A stretch of DNA of 58,620 bases, counting the filler, from Sphacelaria rigidula (lineage: Eukaryota), in assembly GCA_964200075.2 (NCBI GenBank). It is 8 parts of 8 records of this genome, joined end to end, with 100 filler letters (N's around TTAATTAATTAA, not from the genome) between each part and the next. Parts side by side here need not be neighbours in the genome. Positions count along the whole stretch, not along the records: positions 29,363 to 36,602 come from CAXNAA020015811.1; positions 36,703 to 43,942 come from CAXNAA020015812.1; positions 44,043 to 51,281 come from CAXNAA020015813.1; 5 more parts are not named here. One strand, given 5' to 3'. The notes under the pieces were generated by a model that worked only from the letters and a program-made list of their open reading frames with translations, was not told where the DNA came from and made no database searches. Shown one piece after another: positions 36,480 to 48,764 of the stretch (position 1 is the first letter of the stretch; the number at the start of each line of letters is the position of its first letter). The translations under genes and the position numbers were made by a program.

Positions 36480-36772
36480 CTACACGCAACACGGACAAAG
36501 ACGGTTCGTGGGCAAGATTTCACGGTTAGGACAAATAATGATTCGTTAGGAAATTACTTGGTTTTAGTATACTAAGTTGACTCGTGATGAATGAATCCCC
36601 ATNNNNNNNNNNNNNNNNNNNNNNNNNNNNNNNNNNNNNNNNNNNNTTAATTAATTAANNNNNNNNNNNNNNNNNNNNNNNNNNNNNNNNNNNNNNNNNN
36701 NNTTTCGGGCAATCAGGCAGAAGAAATCGTGAATTTGATGATTTTGAGTCGTGATGATTTGTCCTAACCGTG

Positions 36773-37077
36773 AAACCTTATGATGGCTGGGTCGTGGGTT
36801 CGAATCTCGGTGCCGTCACACGATCTGTTTTTTTTTTCTCACCATGTCAGTACACCAAAAATTTGACTTCACGACGAGCGAGAGGGTCTCCTGAACCCCT
36901 CTCTCGATAAAAAACAAGGCAACCACCACGGAGGGAAGATGGAGTAACAAAGCAAAGGGGGAAACAAAAAGGCTCCTGTGTTGGCCTTCCTCCTGTGTGA
37001 CGCCGGCTGATGCGCCCACATACACCGAAAGGTGTAGATTGTCGTCCACAATAAATGGGATGTCACACACACACACC
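36773..37077 (+). mobile_element. tRNA-derived SINE family 1, 5'-truncated and internally deleted
   Basis: B box GGGTTCGAATCTCGG, body and CACACAC tail. Confidence 0.85.
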
Positions 37078-37247
37078 ACCACATACACTGGGGGTGAGCA
37101 ACATTGGAGTATGACTAGATTTTGACATACGAAAATGTGCAATAATAATCTTTGTGCGATGCAACACGGAGGGGCAAGGAAGGGTTCAATCGTACCACGG
37201 CGTTGTCTTGTGGGAAGTACAGACTCACGGCTGATGCCTTCTAACCA

Positions 37248-37688
37248 ATGCAGCGTCTATGGAAATCCATCGCACCACACTGTGCTCACAGTAGAAACAG
37301 CGCACGAAAGGTAACGAGAACAGTGGCAGCATCGCCTGAAGCTCTAGTGCACACTGCAGAGCTATCGCCGTTGTTCCGTAACAGCTCGTTCTTATGCCAG
37401 CAACAACAAAAGCGGTCGTACAGGAAGAGGGTCAGGGGAGCTGCAAGACCAAAGCGACGTCCGGACGATCCCTCAATGCCACCGGAGTTGTGGGTACAGC
37501 ATCTCGACCAGCAACATGACCAAGATGACCAACCGGTCACATGGGAGGCGCAGTCCGCAGCTACCTGCAATAGGGAGGGGAGGACCATTCAGGCGAGGAA
37601 GGCATGTACGAAGCTGAACATTGCGGTGGAGGGATGCTGCCACGGAGAGCTGTCTGAGATATATGCCTCTGTAGCGCGGATGGAGGAG
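37248..37688 (+). CDS. DBR1: RNA lariat debranching enzyme, first exon (with long N-terminal extension)
   Basis: KLNIAVEGCCHGELSEIYASV matches the DBR1 N-terminal signature IAVEGCCHGEL; donor GAG|gtaaaa at 37689, phase 0; no later exon found in this scaffold. Confidence 0.85.
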
Positions 37689-37891
37689 GTAAAATACAAC
37701 AGTACAGTACAAAAGTGGGCACAGCACAGCAGCAGAGGCACTCCAAATTAGACACAGCCGTACTCTTCGTACCGGCGGTCATCATGTGGACCTGGGTTCA
37801 TCACAGGCAACCGATTCACGCTGTGTGTAAGATCGCGAGCAACCTCGACCAATCAAAGATCGATGTCACCATGAGCCTTGATGAGCCTTAA

Positions 37892-37995
37892 CCCTTAGAC
37901 CGCGAGATTACTCTTTCTGGATCATGCATACTTTTTTTCGCTTGCACTTGAAATTGATGCCGATTCAAAAGAAGACTAACCTCGCGGTCTAAGGG
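37892..37995. mobile_element. piggyBac-type MITE (104 bp)
   Basis: TTAA|CCCTTAGACCGCGAG...CTCGCGGTCTAAGGG|TTAA. Confidence 0.9.
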
Positions 37996-38083
37996 TTAAT
38001 GAGCTTAGGTGAGCACGAAATGATCACATTACAGTCTTACAGAGGCTCAGTGAGGCAAATACTGTACCGTCACAGCTGCCACC

Positions 38084-38392
38084 GCACCCCGATGGTGTAA
38101 CGGCCTGACTATCACCATTAGGGTGGAGAGAACGTGGGTTCGTTTCCCAATGCGTTGGGTCTTGCTTTCACAGCATCTAATTCACACCGCCGGAATCGTG
38201 AGTATGCGAGGAAACAAAATTAAATGACTGACTTTGTTTGACAACAGTTGACGCGGCACGGGGGTGCTGACCCAATCCTCGAGGTAAAAATGCAAAGCGT
38301 ATACCAGGGAGAGATGGGATGGAGCCCGAAAGACCAGTAGCCCACGAACTCGTCCCGAGGAAGGAGAGTGGTTCAAAGCGTGACAAAAAATA
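38084..38392 (+). mobile_element. tRNA-derived SINE family 2
   Basis: A-box-like GATGGTGTAACGG, B-box-like GGTTCGTTTCCC, unrelated body, short A-rich end; single copy here. Confidence 0.6.
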
Positions 38393-39109
38393 ACAGCTGC
38401 AGTGCACCCCCGAGACCTCGGTCATGCTGTGTAGTGCTGCGGCTAGCAACTGGGTTCCCGTGAGTGTGTAGAGCGCAACAGCCTCACGCTCCGCTTCCGT
38501 AGCAAAAAATCAGCGACGTCGTGCCGCAGACGACAATACTTACCTGTTCGCCGGGACGGCTGCGTACGTCCGTAGGCATATAGCATGATGGATAAAGACC
38601 CCCAAGGTAGGGAGTAAACAGTGCAATAAACTATTATTGAAAGCTAGCGATTTCGGCCTGCAATCCCCGGTCTTCAACAAACAAGTACAGTCTATTTCGA
38701 GTATACGAGCTGGATACATGTCGAAAAGTGAAAGCGACACACACCTACGTCCTACCGCAGTCGAAATTAGAACGAAAACATGTGGCTTGGGTTCTGGGAC
38801 GAAAATGAAAAAAGGGAGGTTATTATTTTGATTTTTTACTTGGTTTTAGATTACTCTGGGTACATAGACATGTGTCGGGGCCAGCCTAAACACGTGCATA
38901 CCCCGGGCATACATTTTCCCAGTTTCCCGAATCAGCCCGATGTAAGTGTATCGCTGTGAACTGCAGACCAACCTGCGGTGCAAGCTATGCCACTACTAAA
39001 AAAAATGGAAATCATGTACTGCATAATACATGACCTTAACGACGGAACTAGATTCTGCAAAAAAGAGGTGTCGGTCGGGATTCCAACTCGTAACCTGCGT
39101 ATAACAACG

Positions 39110-39339
39110 TTTTCGTGAGATTGAGAGTAGAGCGCTGATCGAGAGTGGCTTTGATCGTTCGCCCTAAGTTGGTCATTTTTTCATTCCGGATGTGCTTTTC
39201 TTTGCCTCCATCAGTAGCGTGTGCTTACAGCTACACGTCGATATCCTACTCAGAGATATCAAGGGCCTCAGTGGCAAGCTAGTACAGGAAGCATATCGGG
39301 CCTCGTGGAGGGGTATTTCGGAACTGAAACGATTCATTC
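39110..39339. repeat. Dispersed repeat; second copy at about 49913-50139
   Basis: GTTTTCGTGAGATTGAGAG...GTGTGCTTACAGCTACACGTCGATATCCTACTC...TTTCGGAACTGAAACGATTCATTC shared. Confidence 0.85.
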
Positions 39340-40349
39340 CCTGATTGACCGCTCTTCACTCTCAATCGTATCCTCTACGTTCAATCTCACGAAAACGTTG
39401 TTACACCTGGAGTTTCCTGTGTCACTTAGATAAGCGGGGCGCAGCGGTGTCACAAGGAGCTGCATTCGCAGCCTAATCGTAGAAGTTTCAAGCCGAAATT
39501 TTACGAGCATCGTCTGCACGCTTGTTGAAACTTCGTGGCTGAAGCAGCAACATTCCCCCCCCCCCTTTTACTGGATATATGGCATTGCTTTGTTTGCTGA
39601 AATTTCAATTCGTTCTTTCTGCTTCTTTTCTTCTTAGCTTCGGAAATGTTTCGCGTCGCATTGATGACTTGAATCTCGTGCCAGAATTTCAGCTCCTGGC
39701 TCCTAAAATTGGGCTGCGCGTAACTGTTCAACCGCCGATAGGAACTCATGGCTACCCCACCTCGTAGCCGTATTCAAGACCCAAAATCCAAGCCTAGCAA
39801 ATCCCGTAGTTCATCCTTGACTCCCCGCACATGTGTCCATCACTATGTCGCCGATGGCTGCTGACTTTCAACTCTCGTGGCGAGTTCGCCGAGATTAATG
39901 TCAACATTTGTGTGGTCGAAAGAAGGTGCACAGTGATCGTGCCGAGAGCATGATGCGCTGGCTCGAAGTATCGCTCGACTGTTGAAGTTGAGGCTGTCCC
40001 CGATGTCGCCTAGGTCTCGCCGTCGTGGAGGCAAAATTTGCACCCAATGACTCTCGGCAAAGTAATCGCAGGCTGTGCTGCACCACGTCCCCTCAAGTAT
40101 TCTGCGTGAGCGATCGAATCACGGGTTATATGCTCTGAGAGATTGGTCCTCGATCGCTCCCAAGAGCACGGACTAAGGTGTCCCAAAGTTCCGAGAGCCT
40201 TGCTCAGCTTTGGCGCAGACGGCAAATCAAAGAGCGTCTACAAGACAAACCGCTACTCGTTCTTTTCCCTTTCTCAATTCTACAGCAGCTTCCCAACAAT
40301 ACCAACGATATGTCCGTTTGCCCTTTGCGAAGCATTGAGTATGAGCCCT

Positions 40350-40455
40350 GTGTGTTGTTGTCCCATCCATTCTGGACGCCGGTCTACACCTTTCGGTATA
40401 TGTGGGCACATCAGCCGGGGTCACACAGGAGGAAGGTCAACACAGGAGCTTTTGT
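40350..40455 (-). mobile_element. SINE family 1, 3' fragment
   Basis: TCCCATCCATTCTGGACGCC...GGGGTCACACAGGAGGAAGGTCAACACAGGAGC. Confidence 0.8.
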
Positions 40456-40726
40456 AGTCCTGTCTACCCATGTAACCTTTGGGACTTGATGATGCACAAC
40501 TGCTGCTGCGGTCAAGATCCCCAAATCTTCACGGAGTGTCAACGTATCTTGGTCAGCCTTTCATAGGATGGGCCAGATCATGATGAGCATCGGAAAAATA
40601 GTAAATATATCCTACGGTGAGCCTCGGTGAGCCTCGGTAAGCCTCAATAAGAACCGTCCAACCAATTACAGATTACAGAAACTATCGATGTCCAGCGAAA
40701 CAGATACCACAACAACACAAGCACCG

Positions 40727-41215
40727 TAGGTAAGGTAGGTACCCGGTACCGGTATTTGAAACATCTCATACACTACCGATACCGGTGCAATTGGGTATTT
40801 TCAAATGTCATACCTACGATACCTACGATACCACGGTATTTCGAGATGTCAATACCTACCGTACCCGCTCGATCGGGTGTTTTCAAATGTCATACCTTCG
40901 ACACCCACGATACCACGGTATTTCGAGATGTCAGTACCTACCGTACCCGCACAATCGGGTATTTTCAAGTGTCGTACCTACGATACCTACGATTCCACGG
41001 TGTTTCGAAATTTCGATACCTACCGTACCCGATCAATCAGGTTTTTTCACAACTCATACCCTACGATACCTACGATACCACGAGATTTCGAGATTTCGGT
41101 GCCTACCGTACCCGTTCAATCAGGTATTTTCACAACTCATACCTACGATACCCACGCATACCACGGTATGGGACATCTCGGTAAATACCGCAGGTATACC
41201 CGGTGAATACCGGGC
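40727..41215. repeat. Tandem array of about 5 x 82-bp units
   Basis: TACCTACCGTACCCG recurs at 40853, 40935, 41017 and about 41100. Confidence 0.88.
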
Positions 41216-42176
41216 ACAGTGCACTCCCCACGGTGCAGCAGCTAGTCCCAACTTACGCAAAGGCCAGAAGTTGTCGGAGCAGGTACGTCTTGTTTTCACA
41301 AGTGATATATACCCACCCAGATCAATTCGAATGAACTTATTACTATGTAGTCTGAAGTTTTACAAAACAATAAAGCTAAGCTTCTTCGATCGAAAATATG
41401 CGGGCGAAAGGCACGAAGCTGCGAAGCCACACTTCACTTCCATCTTACAGATCACCACGCCAGATGATACCCGTTCACAGAACATGCTAACTCCATCCAA
41501 CTCATTCTCAGCTACCACCGCAACCTGCAGCATCGAGTACGAGTTGAGAACAGGGATAGATGCACTGCAGTAGTTGGATATGCTTTGTTTATTTTTTGTT
41601 GGCGCAAACTCGCCCATTTTCTTTCATGGTAGGATCAGCAACAGGAACTGCGTGGTACGGTGGCAACTGAGTTGCGTACACGCTCATGGATAGTGCAGGC
41701 AGTACGAAGCTGCACGTTGTTGTGAAGTCCTTTTCACGTCGCATATAAGCAGAGAGAACTGATAGTCCTGGGCTGCCTGCACTGCACGTCGCCCGCTTCT
41801 CTTCGAAATCCTACTGTACGAAACACGCATAGACTCAAGATAGTCCGTAGGGTACCAACAGCAACCTAAGACGTCAGCCCAACAAAAGCTGGCGATATCG
41901 ACCTGCAATCCGTCGTTGCGAACACATGAGTAAAATAGACAGCGATCTGCTCCGAACACGAACCCACCGATCCTCGATTCCGGGCACGCACGTACCAGAT
42001 ACCACAAGTCACTTATCGTTTTGCCGCTTGTGGTAAGCCAGTGCAATGTTTTCATGGTGTGGGTAGTTGAAGGAGAAAACGCATCGACCGCATACAGAGT
42101 ACGAGGTGATAGCGCGAAGCGTCGATCGACTTTGGCGAAGCGGGCTGTTATCGCGTTCGTTTCTACGCTGTTGTAG

Positions 42177-42377
42177 TGCGTGGGAGGACCGCGTGCTTAC
42201 GGAACCGCATCGCAGGTCGAAACACCTCAGGATCGACGTTTTTCAAAACCAATCGGACCAGTCCCTGCAGGGACCACAGACCCGACGCTAACCCCAACAC
42301 TAACCCTAATCCTAACCATAACCATACGGATGATTGAATTCCGATGCGGAACCCTAAGCACGCGGTCCTCCCACGCA
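42177..42377. mobile_element. ~200-bp MITE with ~35-bp TIRs and an internal telomere-like (CCCTAA)-variant tract
   Basis: TGCGTGGGAGGACCGCGTGCTTA...TAAGCACGCGGTCCTCCCACGCA; CTAACCCCAACACTAACCCTAATCCTAACCATAACC inside. Confidence 0.75.
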
Positions 42378-45300
42378 TGACACTGTGGCTGCCAGGATAA
42401 AGACCCCACGAATTTGCAATAGTTCGGTGGGTTGTCTCCGAGTTGCCTCGAAACACTTTGCGTTGAAGATTGAATCACGAACAACGTAGTCCAAGGGAAT
42501 GGCCGCCAATTGCACCAAGGAGCATGGGCCAGGGTACCCTACAGCTCGAGGTGGCTCTTGAAAGTGGAGCGTTGACACAGACGCTGAATGAAAGAGCTGT
42601 GACGAGACCAACCTCCCCTCTGCTTTACCGTGCTCGTACTTTGAGTGTACAAGCTGCCACACCGTTATCGGCGCGCCTGATCCCCCAAAATGGGCAAAAA
42701 AAGTGTCACCGACCAAAAGCACGAACAGACACGAACAGACCGACGTCTGGGGCTTGTACTGGCTCGTGGGGTAAAATATGCCTTACGTCATCGGAAGAGA
42801 ACGGCATAGATCCAAAATTCATATTGAGAAAGAGTGTACTGCATTAAAAAATCAGAACCCTACCGTTATTTCCGTTATTGTTTCTCATATATTACATGCC
42901 ACTGGGTCGCTTTTCGTCCGCGCTTGCGATACCCTGGCATGCAAGGAGGCTGGTTGGGTTGAACAAACCCAACGCACACCGAGAACACTTGGGCGGGGGC
43001 GGTACATACACTCCCTGCAGAAAGTGAGGCCTTCGCAGACCCCAAATCGGCGCCTGTGGCACCGATTTCATTGAAAACGCGTTGTGCGCAGCCGAGGAGC
43101 ACACGGGACCGTCAGCCCTACTAAAATTTCGATTCTCGTTGTACGCACTCAAATCAAGTAATATCAACCATGAACATTTGTAGCCCAACGCCCGTAACTG
43201 GAACCAGGAAGCTTGACCATTGTTTTGTGGGGATGCGGATCAAAGTTGGGTCAACATGATGTGCTCAACATGCGACAAAGCCATATGTACTGATCAACTT
43301 CAACGAGGACGGCCCTTGCACAGACGAGTGGAGTACAAATAGTCACCGGGTGTGCAATGTGGGCTGGGCGGGTGTTGGTCCACCACCTCGTCATGGTTTG
43401 AGGAGCTTGGTCTATCGGTTGCCACGATTCCACAGTTTTTGTCGGACGAATGACTCGCGTTGTGCAAGTGTATTTGCTGTTCCGTGGGCATGGCTTTTCG
43501 TTTGATGAATATGCTATTAATTAGCTCTTTGACCGCGATGGTTGGTCACATGTTGAATCGGCATAATTTTTCACTTGAAAACAGTATGCATGGTCCAGAT
43601 GGACTACCCTCGCTGTCTAGACTCCAAAGATATTGTGTTGCAAGAGGGAATGAGAACAAACGGTCGTCCGTTACCCACCTAATCGGCGCCTGGGGCGCCG
43701 ATTTGAGCTCTGGGTACGCACTCTTTGCCCAGGCAACACATTGCACCCCCCTTGCCCGAGCTTTTGAAGCTTCGACCGAACCCCCAGAAGAGTCATCTTC
43801 GCGACCTCGCAGAGCGGAGAGAACAAATTATAACACTGGCCCTGACCCTAACCACAACGAAGGCATGCCGAGAACCCTCGGGCAAGGGGGGCGTACTCAT
43901 TTGTTGCTTGCCTTAGTGTACGCCCCCCTTGCCCGAGGGTTCNNNNNNNNNNNNNNNNNNNNNNNNNNNNNNNNNNNNNNNNNNNNTTAATTAATTAANN
44001 NNNNNNNNNNNNNNNNNNNNNNNNNNNNNNNNNNNNNNNNNNCACACAATTGGACACACTTCACCCGTCGCGTGATATCATTGGACAAACCCAACAGGAC
44101 CGTTCCGGGATTTCATTTTCGGTACATCCACGACGTGTGCGTCTGGAGTCGTCTTCTGTCTTCCACAGTGAAAATGGTTGCTGTCGGTCTTTTCTGTTTC
44201 CATCTTTTCTTCTTTGTCAGGGACGGGAGGGGAGGGTTCCCAAAGGGTTAAGTGACTTTCTCTAAACATAATTCGTGTTGGTAGACACTGGAACACGGGG
44301 TTTTTGTGAAGTATGTGAATTCATTGGCGAGGTATACCCCGTTAACCCAGCATCTTATCACGCCTACCAGGTGGTTCGCTGGAAGCACAGGTGTGGACAT
44401 ACACACATATCCAGTCTGTGGGATCTCTCCTCAGCGAAAGCTGTTGAGAGTTTTTCATCCCTTAGCCCATGTATACATGGACTGGGGGGTAGGAGGATGA
44501 ATACCTTTCAACAACTTTTTCTGCGTGTCGGATCCCATGCGCTGGTAACGGTGCAGTATGCGGGATATGCCCAGCTGATGCTGCTCGCAATAAATCTCTT
44601 TTCCCCCAATATCCGGATGAATTGGAGGGCAAAGTGAAGATTTATTTCGAGCTTCTTCTGCTATTCAAATTCCAAATCTGCCAGTGTGCATGGGATTTGT
44701 GCAGCAGCAGAAGCTGTTCGAAATATATCCTTTTTCCGCTCATTTCAAAAATGGGCGAAAAAAGGATCGATTTTGAACAGCTTCTTCCGCTGTTCGAAAT
44801 AAATCCTTTTTTTTGCCGAAATAAATTTGGCGAGAAAAAGATCTGTTTTGAATAGCTTGTCCTACTGTCCGAGATAAATTCCTTTTTGCCCGATTCAAAT
44901 CGGGTGAATAGAAATTTACCTCGGACAGGAGGACAAGCTATTGGAAATATAAAAATGTACAGATTCGTACCAAAATATTTGGAATTAAAAAAGAAACAAA
45001 CGTCAGGGTCTTTTACCAAAACACTACCACATGACTGTGCAAGGCTTTGCCGACGTGCCTACACAGGGCTGCAAATTCAACCCTGAGGAAAACCCTATAA
45101 AAACGCTACGACGGGTACAGATTTGTATTTTTACTGTCCGGGTTTTTTCACGAAGACCGTGGAGGACCCTGTACAGACCCTGCACAGTGCGCCCCACAGG
45201 GTGCTATCTGTCCACGTGTGCTTCCCCCTATGTGTGTCCTGGTCCGACGAAAACACGACGTGCCCCGTCTCGGTTTCGTAGGGACGGAAGCCCTATTGGG

Positions 45301-46101
45301 TAGGCGCCGGTTGGCAACGACGCTGTAATACACACTACTCCCTGCGTAAGCTAGGCAACAAGGTTACGATTTTTTTTCGCGCTCTTGCTTTTTTTTTTGC
45401 GTTGAACATGATGGTGGTCGACCTAGATCATATTGTGCGGGGTGGAGAACTCAAACTCTGCGCAAAGGGGGTGATCACTCTATGTAGTGTTCAATGGTGA
45501 GACCCATGAGGCAGTGTTTAACGCGTAGCTGTCTCTGGAAGTGGCGATAGCAGAAAAGAAAACCCATGGGAGGTCGCCATCCAAATGGAAGATGAAGCAG
45601 TACGCTTCGGGCCGAGCAATCTTAGCAGGATGCAGCTCACCCTTCATGCGACTCGCCGAACACATCACGGCGCTTCACGCTTGGTGATTGATGGCGAGCC
45701 TGATCCGGCGGAAACCTGGCGTGCTCCGTCCCGGATATGGAGGGATGCGAGGGCAATGATCTGATGACTATGGCATGCAAAATCATGACAACACGCACCC
45801 CACGTGTGTGCGAGATATATTGTGCTGTTGTCAGCCATTATCCAGAGAGGGCATTCAAAATCATTTGACCCCCAAGCGAACAAACCCGCACCAACGCTTT
45901 TGATTCAAGTTTTATGTTTGGGCTTCTTACCTCTGAATAGATCTCTGAGTATATGTCATGCTCTCATACCGTCCTACGTATGTCAGGGGTGTACTTACTC
46001 CCTGTGGTTGAGGTCCTGTATGTTGCCTGGAGCTGGAGTTGTATGACCTTCCCCTCTCCCCCCACCCACGTTCATATACCCCTTCGGCTTGACATGAGCA
46101 G

Positions 46102-46841
46102 AGGAAGGCGACGACGACGGACAAATGGAAGAGGTATTCGAAGACAACCTCGCGATGCCCCCGTCGAAGCACGGCAATGGGAAAATGCTCAACAACGACA
46201 CCAACGACACCAAACCTCAGCCTCCCCCACACGTGCTACCATCGTCATCATCCAAAGCCAAAATCAAGTCCAAGCCCGAAGCGACACCCTTCCGCCCCAC
46301 CCTCGGAAGCTCCGTCCTGCCCATGCCGAGAGGAGGACTCGGCAGCGGCAGCTGTAGCAGCAGCGGCGGTGGTGCTTCTGTGTCTCAAGATGCAAAACCC
46401 GTGGCAGAAGCCGCGCCCTGGGCGATGCCGATGGATGCACCGATGGACAGCGGCGCGGAGGCGGCTCTTGCGGCCATTTTCGATTTGAAGCAGGCTGTGC
46501 CGGACATTGGTGGTAGCAGCGCTGGTGCTGGTGCTGGAGTAGGGTTGTTGGGTGGGCGGAAAGAGGAAGTGGAAGAGGAGGAGGAGGACCAGGTGGAGGA
46601 TTGTGGTGCTACTGGAGTGGGTGGCGGGGAGGAAACGGTGCCGGTGGGGGCGGCGGGGGATGGTGGTGAGGAGAGTGGCGGTGCGGGGTCCTCCGAGGGG
46701 CAAACCGTTGCAGAGAAAGAGACGGCGGGTAAAAAGGAGGAGGAAGAGGAGGACGAGGAAGAGGACGAGGAAGACGAGGACGAGGAGGAGCAAGCTTACG
46801 ATGACTATTACGATGACGACCCTTACGGGGAGGAGGCATGA
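46102..46841 (+). CDS. Terminal exon of an unidentified gene with a low-complexity, strongly acidic C-terminus
   Basis: Pyrimidine-rich stretch then gagcag| acceptor; 246 open codons, GC-rich, ending EEEEDEEEDEEDEDEEEQAYDDYYDDDPYGEEA*. Confidence 0.7.
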
Positions 46842-46908
46842 TCTCCCTGTGCGTGTGCTTATGCGTGTTCGGCAGCTATATATGTATGTATATATGTATA
46901 TATGACAG

Positions 46909-47281
46909 CTGGTCGCCCCGGTGGCTGAGTTGGTAAGCCCGAAACCGTCTGATGGTTGGGTCATGGGTTCGAATCTCGGTGCAGTCACACGATCTGTGAT
47001 TTGTTTTTCACAAAGTGCCCATCAGTGAAGAGCAACGATGTCGTGGGTACACAAAATTCGAGTTCATGGTCGTCGAGAGTAAGGGAGAGCTGAACCCCTC
47101 TCTCGCGATAAAAAATAAGGCAAGCACCGCAGAAGGAAGGTGGATATCTAAAACAAATGAAAAAGAAGAAAGCTCCTGTGTTGGCCGTCTTGCTGTGTGA
47201 CCCCGGCTGGTGCGCCCACATATACCGAAAGGTGTAGACTGGCGTGCAGAATAGATGGGATGGCAACACACACACACACAC
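46909..47281 (+). mobile_element. tRNA-derived SINE family 1, full length
   Basis: GGTCGCCCCGGTGGCTGAGTTGG (A box), GGGTTCGAATCTCGG (B box), (CA)n tail. Confidence 0.9.
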
Positions 47282-47572
47282 TTATGGTACCTTTTCAGAC
47301 GTCGGCTGGGGTAAGGACGCGTGACTCAAATGAGTTTTTTTTAGTGGGGGTGCGTTTATAGAGGCACCCGCACACGCACGCGTTCTGTTTTTCAAGACTC
47401 CGTACATTTACCAGGTTCACACGTGGATACATGTACAATGCCTACAATACCTTCAGAGAGATGGGCGGTGCTAGATATTCAGCAGATATATTTAAATGTG
47501 TTTTTCCCTTGTATGTCAGCGTGCCGGGTGCCGTTTTTCTTTTCCCCTTACTTGATTATCATAGCGATCCTC

Positions 47573-47807
47573 TTACGGCAAAAATGTTTTTTTCTTCAAG
47601 TCACTGTAATGAATTAGAAAGCGAGAAGTGTGTAGATGCGGTATGGTGGAGGCCAAAGGCTTCCAACGATCGTCTCCTTCGGTTGTATCTTCAGTAGTGC
47701 TCGCTTTGTTGTCATATATCGGCGCGGCACCGTAGTTCTGGAGGACGACGTCGACCACCGCGGCGTTGAAGTCGCTATGTCCGTCGAATGGACGGTAGGG
47801 AAACGGG
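47573..47807 (-). CDS. Possible terminal exon of an unidentified gene
   Basis: ttgaag| (S)PFPYRPFDGHSDFNAAVVDVVLQNYGAAPIYDNK...; phase matches exon 48765-48868; the AAG acceptor is weak. Confidence 0.35.
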
Positions 47808-48764
47808 CTTCAATCCATTACAGAATCACAGGAGTTTTTGTCGTTCAGCGTTGTCAGAGAAGAGAAATGGCGTGTACAACAGGAGGGAGAGAGGCGGTCG
47901 GGGTGGGGAGGGTTCCTCCAGTTTGGAGAAGACGGAAAACTCAGCGTACCTGTGGTATTTTTGGGCCATCTTGACCATGAAAAACTCTACTAGAAATTTC
48001 GTCAGCCCTACAAAGTGTCGGACTACCCGAGTGACACCATCCATGATCGACAGTTCCTCTATCAAAAGGTGACTTCGACAACATACATGACGTCTTTCGT
48101 CTGTCAAGGATTTTCGGCCTATTAGATTCCTCCTCTGAAACGTTTTGGCCCATGGAAAAGACTGTGCGCACTTTTATTTCTCTCCCCTGGTTGTAGGTAA
48201 TACCATTAGGAAGCGTGTTACGTTGCGGTATGTCTCTGGGTATCGATTGGCGCGGGAGAGCATGGGAGGAGGGAGGGGAAGTATCGATGTATGCTCTCTA
48301 TTTTGTTTTGCATTTTATTCATGTTTTTGTCGTTCGATTACCGTGCTTTGGCGGCAATTATTCGTTGTTGTTGGTAGTGGTGGGGGGGGGGGGAGTGCAG
48401 GGGAGACGTGAGAATGTCTGAGTGTGGTGGGTGGGTCTGTGATTTTTCTGCTTGATTTCTTCTCATTCGTGGGTTTTGTGATGATGATGCTTACTCGCTG
48501 CTATTGGTACGTGATGGGGGTGAGAAAATACTATTCCGCACAAGAAAAGTCTGCTGCATCCGCATGATGTGATACCGTCAAAAATACCGTGGTGTTACGT
48601 AAAATCGATGTCGTATACATTGTCAAGGGTTCACTCCCGCCCGTGAAAAATAGCATAGCATACCCCACCCCCGCATCCCCGTGAAGTATATCATGAAGCT
48701 TTGCTGCAAGCTTCCCTTCCTCCTTCCCCGTCCCATGACGGCAATGGGGTGGTACGAAGCTTAC

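Noticed and set aside
36363..37688. Divergent FAR1-SWIM / DBR1 gene pair
   Set aside because: The two are separated by an artificial spacer and lie on different scaffolds
38536..38546. Exact U1 snRNA 5' end ATACTTACCTG
   Set aside because: No U1 body or Sm site follows; it is the reverse complement of a consensus donor CAG|GTAAGTAT, probably from a decayed minus-strand exon
40756..41573. ORFs of 133-262 aa with repeated peptides
   Set aside because: By-product of the 82-bp tandem array, open in several frames
44221..44390. Micro-exons upstream of the acidic terminal exon
   Set aside because: Splice-like sites exist, but the segments are too short to verify without transcripts
46909..46990. 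tRNA gene
   Set aside because: A and B boxes are present but there is no proper cloverleaf, and it continues into the SINE body
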